Of a stretch of DNA of 64,000 bases, positions 43,321 to 52,249 are shown in pieces; position 1 is the first letter of the stretch, and each line of letters opens with the position of its first letter. The stretch covers positions 24,879-88,878 of the forward strand of contig CAZDPV010000002.1 of assembly GCA_964507565.1 (NCBI GenBank), read 5' to 3'. Source of the DNA: an uncultured Clostridium sp. Its GTDB lineage: Bacteria > Bacillota > Clostridia > TANB77 > CAG-508. The position numbers and the translations under genes were made by a program. The notes beneath the pieces were generated by a model. It was not told the DNA's origin. It searched no databases and worked only from the letters and a program-made list of their open reading frames with translations.

Positions 43321-44274
43321 ATGTTTGAAGAATTAAATAAGCAAATGTCCATTGATTTCCCAGCATATATAAAAGAATTGCAAACGAGTCCTTGGGAGAT
43401 ATTTACTCTCATATTGGACTTGATAGTTGTAGGATTTCTAGTATATGGATTTGTGAAAATTGCAAAGAAGTCAAGAGTATGGCAATTACTAAAAGGAATA
43501 GCGTTCTTAATAATAATAACTGTGCTTAGTGGTTTATTAAAATTACGTATTCTTAATTTTATTTTAACTTCATTTATGACGTATGGAGTAATAGCACTTC
43601 TTGTTATCTTTCAGCCAGAACTTAGAAGAGCACTAGAGCAATTAGGTTCTAACACATTTTCAAAAATGTTTGGAATGGATAAAAGCCTAATGGATAAAAC
43701 AAAAGAAGATATTTACAAAATAGTAATAGCAATAGAGGAACTTGCTAAAACTAGGACTGGAGCGTTAATTGTTTTTGAAAGAGAAATTAAATTGCAAGAT
43801 ATTGTTGAAACTGGAGTAGAAATGGATTCAATAATTTCTCCTCAAATTTTAGTAAATATATTTGTGCCTAATACACCATTGCATGATGGGGCGGTTATAA
43901 TTAGTAATAATAAAATTATTTCTGCAGCATGCATTTTACCTCTTGCAGATGATAAAGATATTGCAAAGGAGCTTGGAACAAGACACAGAGCCGCAATTGG
44001 AATATCAAAAGATTCTGATGCGATTGCAGTCGTTGTGTCGGAGGAAACTGGCAAGGTTTCTATTGCAAAAGATGGAACATTAATTGCTGATGTAAAAGAA
44101 GATGCATTAAAAAGAATTTTAATAAAGCATTTAGTAACTGCTAGATTTGGAACAGAGGAACAAGTTGATAGAGTCACTAAAATAAAAGAAAAAATAAAAA
44201 ACAAAAAAGCTGAAATACAAGAAAAAAGAAAAAATAGACAATCAAAAAAAGAAGAAAATAAAGAGGCAAAATGA
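43321..44274 (+). CDS. cdaA: Diadenylate cyclase CdaA (membrane-bound c-di-AMP synthase) with K-rich C-terminal tail
   Basis: Three N-terminal TMs. The DAC domain contains TGALIVFERE, PLHDGAVII (DGA), GTRHRAAIG (RHR) and AVVVSEETG. Confidence 0.92.
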   Translation: MFEELNKQMSIDFPAYIKELQTSPWEIFTLILDLIVVGFLVYGFVKIAKKSRVWQLLKGIAFLIIITVLSGLLKLRILNFILTSFMTYGVIALLVIFQPELRRALEQLGSNTFSKMFGMDKSLMDKTKEDIYKIVIAIEELAKTRTGALIVFEREIKLQDIVETGVEMDSIISPQILVNIFVPNTPLHDGAVIISNNKIISAACILPLADDKDIAKELGTRHRAAIGISKDSDAIAVVVSEETGKVSIAKDGTLIADVKEDALKRILIKHLVTARFGTEEQVDRVTKIKEKIKNKKAEIQEKRKNRQSKKEENKEAK

Positions 44275-45026
44275 GAAATATAAAATTAACAATCGAATAT
44301 GATGGAAAAGACTTTAATGGATGGCAAAAACAACAAAATAAATTAAACATTCAAGGAGAAATAGAACGAGCAATAGAAGTTGTTACAGGTGAGAGGGTAA
44401 ATCTAATTGCTTCTGGAAGGACAGATGCTGGTGTTCATGCTATTGGGCAAGTTGCAAATTTTAAAATTGAAAAAGACATCCCAATTCAAAAGATACCGTA
44501 TGCCCTAAATTCACAGCTTAAAAAATCAATTAGAATAAAATCTGCCCAAGAGGTTGATGAACAATTTCATAGTAGATATACTTGTAAAAGAAAAACATAC
44601 AGATATGTTATAAATAATTCAGAACAAGGTAGTGCAATATACAGAAATATGCAATATCATTTTCCAAATAAGCTAAATGCAGATAAAATGAACAGAGCAG
44701 TAAAGTATTTAATAGGAGAACATGATTTTAAATCTTTTAAAGCAAGCGGAACAAGTAGTAAAAGTAGCGTAAGAACAATTTTTGATGCAAAAGTATATAG
44801 AGATAAAGAAGATAATGAAATTATTAAGATAGAGCTAACGGGAAACGGATTTTTATACAATATGGTAAGAATCATTGCGGGAACATTACTTGATGTGGGA
44901 GAAGAAAAGATAGAACCAGAAAAAGTAAAGGAAATATTAGAAGCAAAAAACAGATTAGAGGCAGGAAAAACGCTTCCTGCAACAGGATTATTTTTAATAA
45001 ATGTAGAATATGAAAATATAGATTAA
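44271..45026 (+). CDS. truA: tRNA pseudouridine(38-40) synthase TruA
   Basis: Contains IEYDGKDFNGWQKQ, ASGRTDAGVHAIGQV (catalytic Asp) and FLYNMVRIIAGTL. A 4-nt ATGA overlap joins it to cdaA. Confidence 0.94.
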   Translation: MRNIKLTIEYDGKDFNGWQKQQNKLNIQGEIERAIEVVTGERVNLIASGRTDAGVHAIGQVANFKIEKDIPIQKIPYALNSQLKKSIRIKSAQEVDEQFHSRYTCKRKTYRYVINNSEQGSAIYRNMQYHFPNKLNADKMNRAVKYLIGEHDFKSFKASGTSSKSSVRTIFDAKVYRDKEDNEIIKIELTGNGFLYNMVRIIAGTLLDVGEEKIEPEKVKEILEAKNRLEAGKTLPATGLFLINVEYENID

Positions 45027-45071
45027 CATAATTTAATAGTTAACATATAATATAGTAGGAAAGGAGCACAA

Positions 45072-45431
45072 ATGGATCCAATCTTACTATATTTTGTATT
45101 TCCACTTGTAACAATAATATTTGCAATAGCACTAGAAAAAATATTCAACAACCCATTATTAGTTGCAGCAATAATATTTGCTGTATTCTTAATTGTAACA
45201 TTTGCAGCATTTACCGTAGATTTTCTAATCTATGCAATAGCATATACAATAATTGCATTTGTTACCGCATATTTAACGAGTGTTATATCAGGACTTATTG
45301 AAAGACTGAATAATTCTAATAATAATTCTAACAACAATGATAATGATAACAACAATCGTGATCCTAATACAACTGCTTGCAGAGTATGCCAATGTCAAAG
45401 ACAATATTGCAGATGCCTACGTGGAAGATAA
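45072..45431 (+). CDS. Small 3-TM membrane protein with N-rich linker and Cys/Arg-rich C-terminal tail
   Basis: AAAGGAG RBS. Three hydrophobic helices are followed by NNSNNNSNNNDNDNNN and the terminal CRVCQCQRQYCRCLRGR. Confidence 0.55.
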   Translation: MDPILLYFVFPLVTIIFAIALEKIFNNPLLVAAIIFAVFLIVTFAAFTVDFLIYAIAYTIIAFVTAYLTSVISGLIERLNNSNNNSNNNDNDNNNRDPNTTACRVCQCQRQYCRCLRGR

Positions 45432-45439
45432 AAAAATAA

Positions 45440-45488
45440 AAAACTGTAAAACCTCGATTTTAAGGGGTTTTTACAGTTTTATTTTTTT
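45440..45488. terminator. Bidirectional intrinsic terminator between convergent genes
   Basis: aaaactgtaaaacc (45440-45453) pairs with ggtttttacagtttt (45466-45480). T-runs are present on both strands. Confidence 0.75.
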
Positions 45489-45554
45489 ACTTATGAACAC
45501 TTTTTATTGTTAATAAATTATAAATAAAGAAAAAATAGCTTTAACATTTTATAT

Positions 45555-47741
45555 TTATTTTAAGTTAACAATAGTTACTCCGTAGTCACCCTCACCAAAT
45601 CCAGCAATACTATATGAATCAACATACTTACAATTTTTTAAATATGAATGAATACCTTGACGAAGTTTTCCAGTTCCTTTTCCATGTACAATCCTTACTT
45701 GACGCAAATGGGCCATACAACAGCTATCTAAATATTTATCTAAAATATCAACGGCACTTGCAACAGTTTCTCCAATCAAATTTATTTCTGTAGAAGTTGT
45801 TAATGCTTTATTATTTCCAATATGAACTGAACCAGTGCTTAAATTATTTTTGCTCTTCAGGTCAACTTTTTTTGTTTTATTATTTATATTTGGATTAACA
45901 TTTTTATGTTTTGAGTTTTCATCATATTTAGAATTTAAATTCAACAAAACGCTTAAATCTAACTCATTTGCACCAAATTTTGATACTGAATTATTCAAAT
46001 TATTTCTAAGATTATTTGCTTTTTTCATATCAGGTTCATTCATTTTAGAAAGTTCACTAATTATACTATCAGCTTCTTCTTTAGCATCTATAAGTATTTG
46101 TTTAGCCTCTTTTTTAGCTTCCTCTATTTTTTCTTTTTCATGAAATAACTTATCAGAGCAATCATGCTCCAAAGATTTTCTAAGAAGGGAAACTTGATTT
46201 AGATTTTTAGCAATCTCAAGTTTATCAGCTTCAATTTTAGCTTTGTTATCGTATATTTCTTTAAGCAAAGACTCAATATCTGTATCAGGCTTACTAATTA
46301 AGCTAGAAGCTCTATCTAAAATATCTTGAGATATACCTAACTTTTTACTAATGGCAAAAGCATTACTTTTACCAGGAATACCTATTAAGAGATGATAGGT
46401 AGGTTTTAAATTCTTAATATCAAATTCACAACTTGCGTTTTCAAAGCCTTCATGAGTTATTGCATAATTTTTAATTTCATGATAATGAGTGGTAGCTATA
46501 GTAAATGCACAAGTTTCATGAAATTTTTCTAGCAGACTAATAGCTAGATTAGCACCCTCAATGGGATCAGTTCCAGAACCAAGCTCGTCTACTAATATTA
46601 AACTATTTTTAGTAAAAGTATTTAATATTTGAACAATATTAGTTATATGTGAAGAAAAAGTACTTAAAGACTCTTCAATACTTTGCTCATCACCAATATC
46701 AGCAAAAATATTATCAAAGATTCTTATTGAGCTTCCATCTTGAACTGGTATATGAAGACCAGATTGAGCCATACAACATAATAAGCCAACGGTCTTTAAT
46801 GTAACTGTTTTTCCGCCTGTATTTGGACCTGTAATTACTAAGGTAGTAAAAGTCTTGTCAACTGCACCAACCAAATTTGGCATTCCAATAAAAACATTAA
46901 CAGGAATAACTTTAGATTTATCTATTAAAGGGTGTCTTGCATTTTTAAAATTAACAAAAGAAGTTATATTAGGGCATGAACAGTTATCATCAATAGAAAG
47001 CTTTGCTTTTGCTGATATAAAATCCAATTTACCAATTATGTTAATATCTTGCTTTAAAAGACCAGTAATAGAAAATAAAAGACCAGACAAATTCTCCAAA
47101 ATTCTTTCAATTTCTCTATTTTCCTCAACAAGTAAATTCCCAATAGTATTATTCATGTCAAATACAGCCATTGGCTCAATATAAACCGTAGAACCGCTAC
47201 TTGAGGTATCGTGAATAAACCCTTTAATATTATTTCTATATTCTTCTTTAACAGGAACAACATACCTTCCATTACGAATTGTTACGACCTGATCCATGAT
47301 ATATTTTGAATATGTATTTGAATGTATAATTCCGTTTAATTTATTTTTTATCTCTAATTCAAGATTCTTTCTATTTCGTCTAATTGATGCAAGCTTAGAA
47401 GAAGCCTCATCTGCAATAGCATCTTCTGATAAGATACTTGAAAAAATCTTTTTCTCTATATCTTGATTAAAATAAAGGTCGTCAAAATATTTTGACAAAC
47501 AAGTTAGCGGCAATTCATAACTTTTATAATATGCTGATAATTCTCTGGATGTTTTTAAACAATAGGCCATATCTAATAGATTTCTAGCAGACAAACTAAT
47601 ACAACTTTCTATTTTTTTAATAGGCAAAGAAAGGTCTGAAATTTCAGAAATAGGGAAAGAACCTAATGAATGCACTAAATTACATCCTTCAGTAGTTTCC
47701 TTAAGCATATTTCCAACCTTTTCTTGGTTATCAGAAGGCAT
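45555..47741 (-). CDS. mutS2: Endonuclease MutS2 (MutS domain plus C-terminal Smr); N-terminal about 35 codons are in another frame (see finding)
   Basis: Has Walker A ITGPNTGGKTV, then LVDELGSGTDP, a long coiled coil, and the Smr domain VRIVHGKGTGKLRQGIHSYL. Confidence 0.9.
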   Translation of the reverse strand: MPSDNQEKVGNMLKETTEGCNLVHSLGSFPISEISDLSLPIKKIESCISLSARNLLDMAYCLKTSRELSAYYKSYELPLTCLSKYFDDLYFNQDIEKKIFSSILSEDAIADEASSKLASIRRNRKNLELEIKNKLNGIIHSNTYSKYIMDQVVTIRNGRYVVPVKEEYRNNIKGFIHDTSSSGSTVYIEPMAVFDMNNTIGNLLVEENREIERILENLSGLLFSITGLLKQDINIIGKLDFISAKAKLSIDDNCSCPNITSFVNFKNARHPLIDKSKVIPVNVFIGMPNLVGAVDKTFTTLVITGPNTGGKTVTLKTVGLLCCMAQSGLHIPVQDGSSIRIFDNIFADIGDEQSIEESLSTFSSHITNIVQILNTFTKNSLILVDELGSGTDPIEGANLAISLLEKFHETCAFTIATTHYHEIKNYAITHEGFENASCEFDIKNLKPTYHLLIGIPGKSNAFAISKKLGISQDILDRASSLISKPDTDIESLLKEIYDNKAKIEADKLEIAKNLNQVSLLRKSLEHDCSDKLFHEKEKIEEAKKEAKQILIDAKEEADSIISELSKMNEPDMKKANNLRNNLNNSVSKFGANELDLSVLLNLNSKYDENSKHKNVNPNINNKTKKVDLKSKNNLSTGSVHIGNNKALTTSTEINLIGETVASAVDILDKYLDSCCMAHLRQVRIVHGKGTGKLRQGIHSYLKNCKYVDSYSIAGFGEGDYGVTIVNLK

Positions 47742-47844
47742 TAAGCCCTGAGAAATAGATTTTCCTATATAAGTTTGACACTTCCCGAGTTAACTTGTCT
47801 ATTATAATATTATATTCTAATTTATCTAAATATTTTTCTATCAT
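47731..47844 (-). other. mutS2: Out-of-frame N-terminal fragment of mutS2 (37 codons)
   Basis: ATG at 47844 follows GTGAGG. MIEKYLDKLEYNIIIDKLT... matches the MutS2 N-terminal pattern (LEF-x-KI). The main frame continues upstream as ...GKCQTYIGKSISQGLMPS. The two frames can be joined by removing one G from the GGG run (47784-47786). Confidence 0.75.
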
Positions 47845-47997
47845 TTTTACCTCACAATAACTTAATTATAGCGCAAAAACAATATTTTTTCAATTCTAAT
47901 TTAAATATTATTTGAGCGTACATAACTTATATTACTAAAATAATCCTAATAATTCCAAAATTAGATTAAATTACCCTATTTTTTTTTTCAAATATAC

Positions 47998-48026
47998 TTG
48001 AAAATCTACAAAATTATTGATATGAT
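47998..48026 (+). promoter_or_regulatory. Candidate sigma-A promoter for ftsEX
   Basis: TTGAAA (47998-48003), a 17-nt spacer, then TATGAT (48021-48026). Confidence 0.45.
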
Positions 48027-48062
48027 AATGTAAATATTTTATATTTGTAAAGGATGATTAAA

Positions 48063-48746
48063 ATGATAGAATTTAGAAATGTTTGTAAAACCTATGATAC
48101 AGGCACAGAAGCAGTACATAATGCAAACTTTAAAATAGAAAAAGGTGAATTTGCTTTTTTAGTTGGTAGTTCAGGTTCTGGAAAATCTACATTAATTAAG
48201 CTGATTTTAAAAGAAGAAGAACCAACTTCAGGTAACATAATTATAAATGGGAAGGATACTACTTTTTTAAAACCAAGTAGAGTACCATTTTTAAGAAGAA
48301 GTATGGGAATAGTTTTTCAGGATTTTAGATTGTTACCAGACAAAACCGTATATGAAAATGTTGCATTTGCAATGTATGTAGTTAAAGCAACACCAAAGCA
48401 TATAAGGAGACAAGTACCAATGGTACTTTCACTTGTAGGGTTGAGTAACAAGGCAAAAGTATATCCTAATGAATTATCTGGTGGTGAACAACAAAGAGTT
48501 GCACTAGCACGAGCAATAGTAAATAATCCTTCAATGCTAATAGCGGATGAGCCTACAGGAAACTTAGATCCAAATACTGCATGGGATATAATGGAACTAT
48601 TAAATGATATAAATTTAAGGGGAACAACTGTAGTTGTTGCAACACACGCAAAAGATATAGTAGACAGAATGAAAAAGAGAGTTATCCGTGTAGACCATGG
48701 AAATATTGTAAGAGATGAAAAAGGTGGGTATGACGGTGAGATATAA
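48063..48746 (+). CDS. ftsE: Cell division ATP-binding protein FtsE
   Basis: Starts MIEFRNVCKTY, with Walker A GSSGSGKST, signature LSGGEQQR and Walker B LIADEPTG. I prefer the ATG at 48063, 9 nt after AAAGGA; the ORF track starts at 48054. Confidence 0.93.
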   Translation: MIEFRNVCKTYDTGTEAVHNANFKIEKGEFAFLVGSSGSGKSTLIKLILKEEEPTSGNIIINGKDTTFLKPSRVPFLRRSMGIVFQDFRLLPDKTVYENVAFAMYVVKATPKHIRRQVPMVLSLVGLSNKAKVYPNELSGGEQQRVALARAIVNNPSMLIADEPTGNLDPNTAWDIMELLNDINLRGTTVVVATHAKDIVDRMKKRVIRVDHGNIVRDEKGGYDGEI

Positions 48747-49635
48747 TGTTATAGGATATATAATATCCGAGGGATTTAAAAGTGTAATTAAACAGAAAAA
48801 GATGACGAGTGCATCTATCGTAATAATGTGTGCAACTATGTTTATGTTTGGTATGTTTTTCTTAATTGGAGAAAATATAAACTTTATAATGAAACAAGTT
48901 GAAAGCCAACAAGGTATGAAAGTAGTTATAAAAGAAGATTTAAGTGAAGATAAAATAGAAGAATTAGGAAACAAAATAAGACAAGTAGATGGAGTAAATA
49001 AAGCAACTTTTAATTCTAAAGAAGATGCCTTAGCAACTGTTAAAACTTGGCTCGGAACACATCAAGACTTAATTACTGGATACGATGAGGACAATCCATT
49101 TCCAGCATCTTATTTTGTAACACTAACGGATTTAACTAAAAATAAAGATGTACAAGATCAAATTAAAAGTCTTGATGGGGTAGAAGAAATTACAAGTAAC
49201 AATGATACTATTTCAAATCTAGCAAGTGTAGCCAATGGAATTCAAATTGTTACAATAATACTACTACTATTACTTGTAATTATTTCAATATTTATTATTT
49301 CTTATACAATAAAGCTAACTGTGTATGCGAGAAGAAGAGAAATATCAATTATGAAGTATGTTGGTGCAACTAATGGATTTATTAGAGGACCATTTGTAGT
49401 AGAAGGTATTATAATTGGGGTTATATCAGCATTTATAACCTTAGGTGTAGTTGGACTTGTATATAATACAACAATTTCTAAAGTTCTAACATCAAATGTA
49501 ATACAAAGAATGTCAATATCATTATATAGCTTTTCAGATTTATTTATTAAAGTACTATTTGTATATTTAGTATTAGGAATAGGCATAGGAATATTAGGAA
49601 GTATAATTTCAATGAGAAAGTACTTAAAAGTTTAA
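48715..49635 (+). CDS. ftsX: Cell division permease-like protein FtsX
   Basis: Begins with IISEGFKSVIKQKKMTSASIVIM (TM1). A large extracellular domain is followed by three C-terminal TMs containing ISIMKYVGATNGFIRGPF. The start is ambiguous (in-frame ATG 48715, ATG 48730 or GTG 48736). Confidence 0.88.
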   Translation: MKKVGMTVRYNVIGYIISEGFKSVIKQKKMTSASIVIMCATMFMFGMFFLIGENINFIMKQVESQQGMKVVIKEDLSEDKIEELGNKIRQVDGVNKATFNSKEDALATVKTWLGTHQDLITGYDEDNPFPASYFVTLTDLTKNKDVQDQIKSLDGVEEITSNNDTISNLASVANGIQIVTIILLLLLVIISIFIISYTIKLTVYARRREISIMKYVGATNGFIRGPFVVEGIIIGVISAFITLGVVGLVYNTTISKVLTSNVIQRMSISLYSFSDLFIKVLFVYLVLGIGIGILGSIISMRKYLKV

Positions 49636-49674
49636 ATTTATAATTTATTCAAAGTTATAAATTAAGGAGGAACA

Positions 49675-50874
49675 ATGAGAAGAAAATTATTAGGAATAAT
49701 AGTAATAGTTATATTATTTTTTACATATACTTTAAATGCTTACGCAGAAAGTGAAGCAGATTTAAAAAGCGAAAAAGATGATATTAAAAATAAACAAAAT
49801 AAGGTTAATGAAACACTAAACCAAATTACCAGCCAAAAAGCTGAAGAAAAAACAGCACTTGATACAATAAATGATCAAGTAACTAGCTTAAATAATGAAA
49901 TTTTGTCTCTACAGTCTCAATTAGAGGAATTAAATTCTTCTATTGAAACAAAACAAAATGAAATAAATCAGAAAGAAAAAGAAATTAAAGAAAAATCAGA
50001 ACTACTAAAGAAAAGATTAGTAGCAATGTATAAAAACGGAGGAACTTCATATTTGGATGTGCTACTTGGTTCAGGTAGTTACTTAGATATGCTCTCAAGT
50101 TTCGATGTTGTAGAAAAGATAGCAAATGCTGATACACAGCTTATAAATCAAATAACAGATCAAAAATCCGAAATAGAAAAGGGAAAAAAAGAATTAGAAG
50201 AGAAAAAAGCTGAAATAGATACAATAAAATCAGAAAAAGACGCTAAAAGTCAAACTCTAAAAGCTAAAAAAGTTGAAAAGCAAAAACAAATAGAAAAATT
50301 ATCAGAAGAACAAAAAAGTGCCCAAGCAGAAATAGAAAAATATAATGATGCAATGGAAAGAGTAAACCAAAAATTAGAAGAAATTGCCAAAAAGGCAGAA
50401 GAACAAATAAAAGATCACAACGGTGGAGCAGGATTAAAATTTGACGGAACATTTATCTGGCCATGCAATAATAAAATAGTTACTTCAAGGATGAAGTGGA
50501 GATGGGGAAGGCAGCATAAAGGAATTGACATTGGAGCAAACTATGAGTCAGTATATGCAACAGCATCTGGATATGCATATAATGCATATGATGCAAATGG
50601 ATATGGATATTACATAATGATATTTCATGGCGATAATTATATTTCTTTATATGGACACTTATCACAAAGAAAAGTCTCTGATGGTCAATTTGTTAAACAA
50701 GGGCAAATAATTGCAACATCTGGCGGAAGAGCAGGAGCAGCAGGAAGTGGTTCAAGCCAAGGACCTCATTTACACTTTGAATTACGACGTGCATCATCGG
50801 TATACGAATTCTTTAATAAATCACCTTTAGATCCATTGGATTATCTTCCAGGTGGATATACTATTAGCGAATAG
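49675..50874 (+). CDS. Secreted coiled-coil plus M23 (LytM) peptidoglycan metalloendopeptidase, EnvC/PcsB-like
   Basis: AAGGAGG RBS and a signal peptide (LLGIIVIVILFFTYTLNAYA). A coiled coil of about 230 aa is followed by the M23 motifs HKGIDIGA, YGHLS and GPHLHFE. Confidence 0.87.
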   Translation: MRRKLLGIIVIVILFFTYTLNAYAESEADLKSEKDDIKNKQNKVNETLNQITSQKAEEKTALDTINDQVTSLNNEILSLQSQLEELNSSIETKQNEINQKEKEIKEKSELLKKRLVAMYKNGGTSYLDVLLGSGSYLDMLSSFDVVEKIANADTQLINQITDQKSEIEKGKKELEEKKAEIDTIKSEKDAKSQTLKAKKVEKQKQIEKLSEEQKSAQAEIEKYNDAMERVNQKLEEIAKKAEEQIKDHNGGAGLKFDGTFIWPCNNKIVTSRMKWRWGRQHKGIDIGANYESVYATASGYAYNAYDANGYGYYIMIFHGDNYISLYGHLSQRKVSDGQFVKQGQIIATSGGRAGAAGSGSSQGPHLHFELRRASSVYEFFNKSPLDPLDYLPGGYTISE

Positions 50875-50980
50875 CAAAAAAATGAAATTAAGGAGGCACA
50901 GTATGTTATTTTTGATGATATAAAATATCAACTAAAATAAAAGCCATATACTTGTGCCTTATTTAATGGAAAGGGGTAAG

Positions 50981-52189
50981 ATGAAAAATAAAAGTATTAA
51001 GTATAAAATATTTATAATTATATTAGTTTTATTGACTATTTTTACCCTTTTTTATGTTGTTTTTGCAGATGAAAATGCAAACAATGTAGTAAATACTACA
51101 AATAGAACATTATCACTCCAAGAACAACAAAATCAAGTAAATGAACAACTAGCAAACGCACACAATCAGCTACTATATGTAGAAAGTGAACTATCAGCCT
51201 CTCTAGTGCAAATTCAAAAACTTGAAGATAAAATATCTGAGTATCAAAAAAAAGTAGATGAAGTGAATGCGAAATATCAAGAATTACAAAGTAAGGTTAC
51301 TACTTATGAAAAACAATTATCAAATATTCAAGCTCAATATGACAAAAAAGACAAACTGCTAAAAGACAGATTAGTTCAAATGTATAAAAGAGGGACAACT
51401 AGTTATTTAGATGTATTACTAAGCTCAAGAGATATAATAGAATTTATATCTAATTATTTCATAATTCAGCAGGTTGTAGAATATGACTCTAAGACATTAA
51501 AAGAAATAGAAGAAAAAAAGCAGGAATCTGAGAAGATAACTAATGAATTAAAGGAAGCAAAGGCAAATATGAAATTAACAAAAGTTGAAGCAGAAAAACA
51601 AACTATTATTTTATCAAACACTAAAACTATACTTGAAAATCAAAAAACAAGTTTAACAGAAAGTGAGCAAAAGATATCAGCAGAAATAGACTCATATAAA
51701 AAACAACAAGAGGAACTAGAAAATTTAATAAACTATGCAATAAATGGTTCAAATTACGAATTACAATATTCAGGTGGGGTTATGATATGGCCAACACTAA
51801 ATTCATCATACATAACATCTCCATTTGGAACAAGGTTGCATCCAATTCAAGGAATTATTAAAAATCATGACGGAATTGACATAGGAGGTTCAATAGGAAA
51901 TCCTGTATATGCATCGGCAGACGGACTAATAATATATTCTAATTACAATACAGGGGGATATGGAAACATGGTTATGATTGACCATGGAACAAATGCAGAA
52001 GGAATAAAAATTGTTACACTATACGGACATGGAAACAAACTGCTGAAAAATGTAGGAGATGTTGTAAAACAAGGAGATTTAATAATGGAAATGGGATCTA
52101 CAGGGAATTCAACAGGACCTCATGTACATTTTGAAGTTAGAGAAAATGGAATTCCAACTGATCCAAAAAAATATTTATCATCAAATTAA
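50981..52189 (+). CDS. Second coiled-coil plus M23 (LytM) metalloendopeptidase paralogue
   Basis: I prefer the ATG at 50981, after AAGGGG; the ORF track starts at 50954. It has a signal/anchor helix, a coiled coil, and M23 motifs HDGIDIGG, YGHGN and GPHVHFE. Both paralogues share the block MYK(N/R)G(G/T)TSYLDVLL. Confidence 0.85.
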   Translation: MKNKSIKYKIFIIILVLLTIFTLFYVVFADENANNVVNTTNRTLSLQEQQNQVNEQLANAHNQLLYVESELSASLVQIQKLEDKISEYQKKVDEVNAKYQELQSKVTTYEKQLSNIQAQYDKKDKLLKDRLVQMYKRGTTSYLDVLLSSRDIIEFISNYFIIQQVVEYDSKTLKEIEEKKQESEKITNELKEAKANMKLTKVEAEKQTIILSNTKTILENQKTSLTESEQKISAEIDSYKKQQEELENLINYAINGSNYELQYSGGVMIWPTLNSSYITSPFGTRLHPIQGIIKNHDGIDIGGSIGNPVYASADGLIIYSNYNTGGYGNMVMIDHGTNAEGIKIVTLYGHGNKLLKNVGDVVKQGDLIMEMGSTGNSTGPHVHFEVRENGIPTDPKKYLSSN

Positions 52190-52249
52190 AAGTGGTTTAT
52201 GGGTAAAGACCAATAAAAACCTAAATTAGTAATGTAAGGAAAAATTAAA

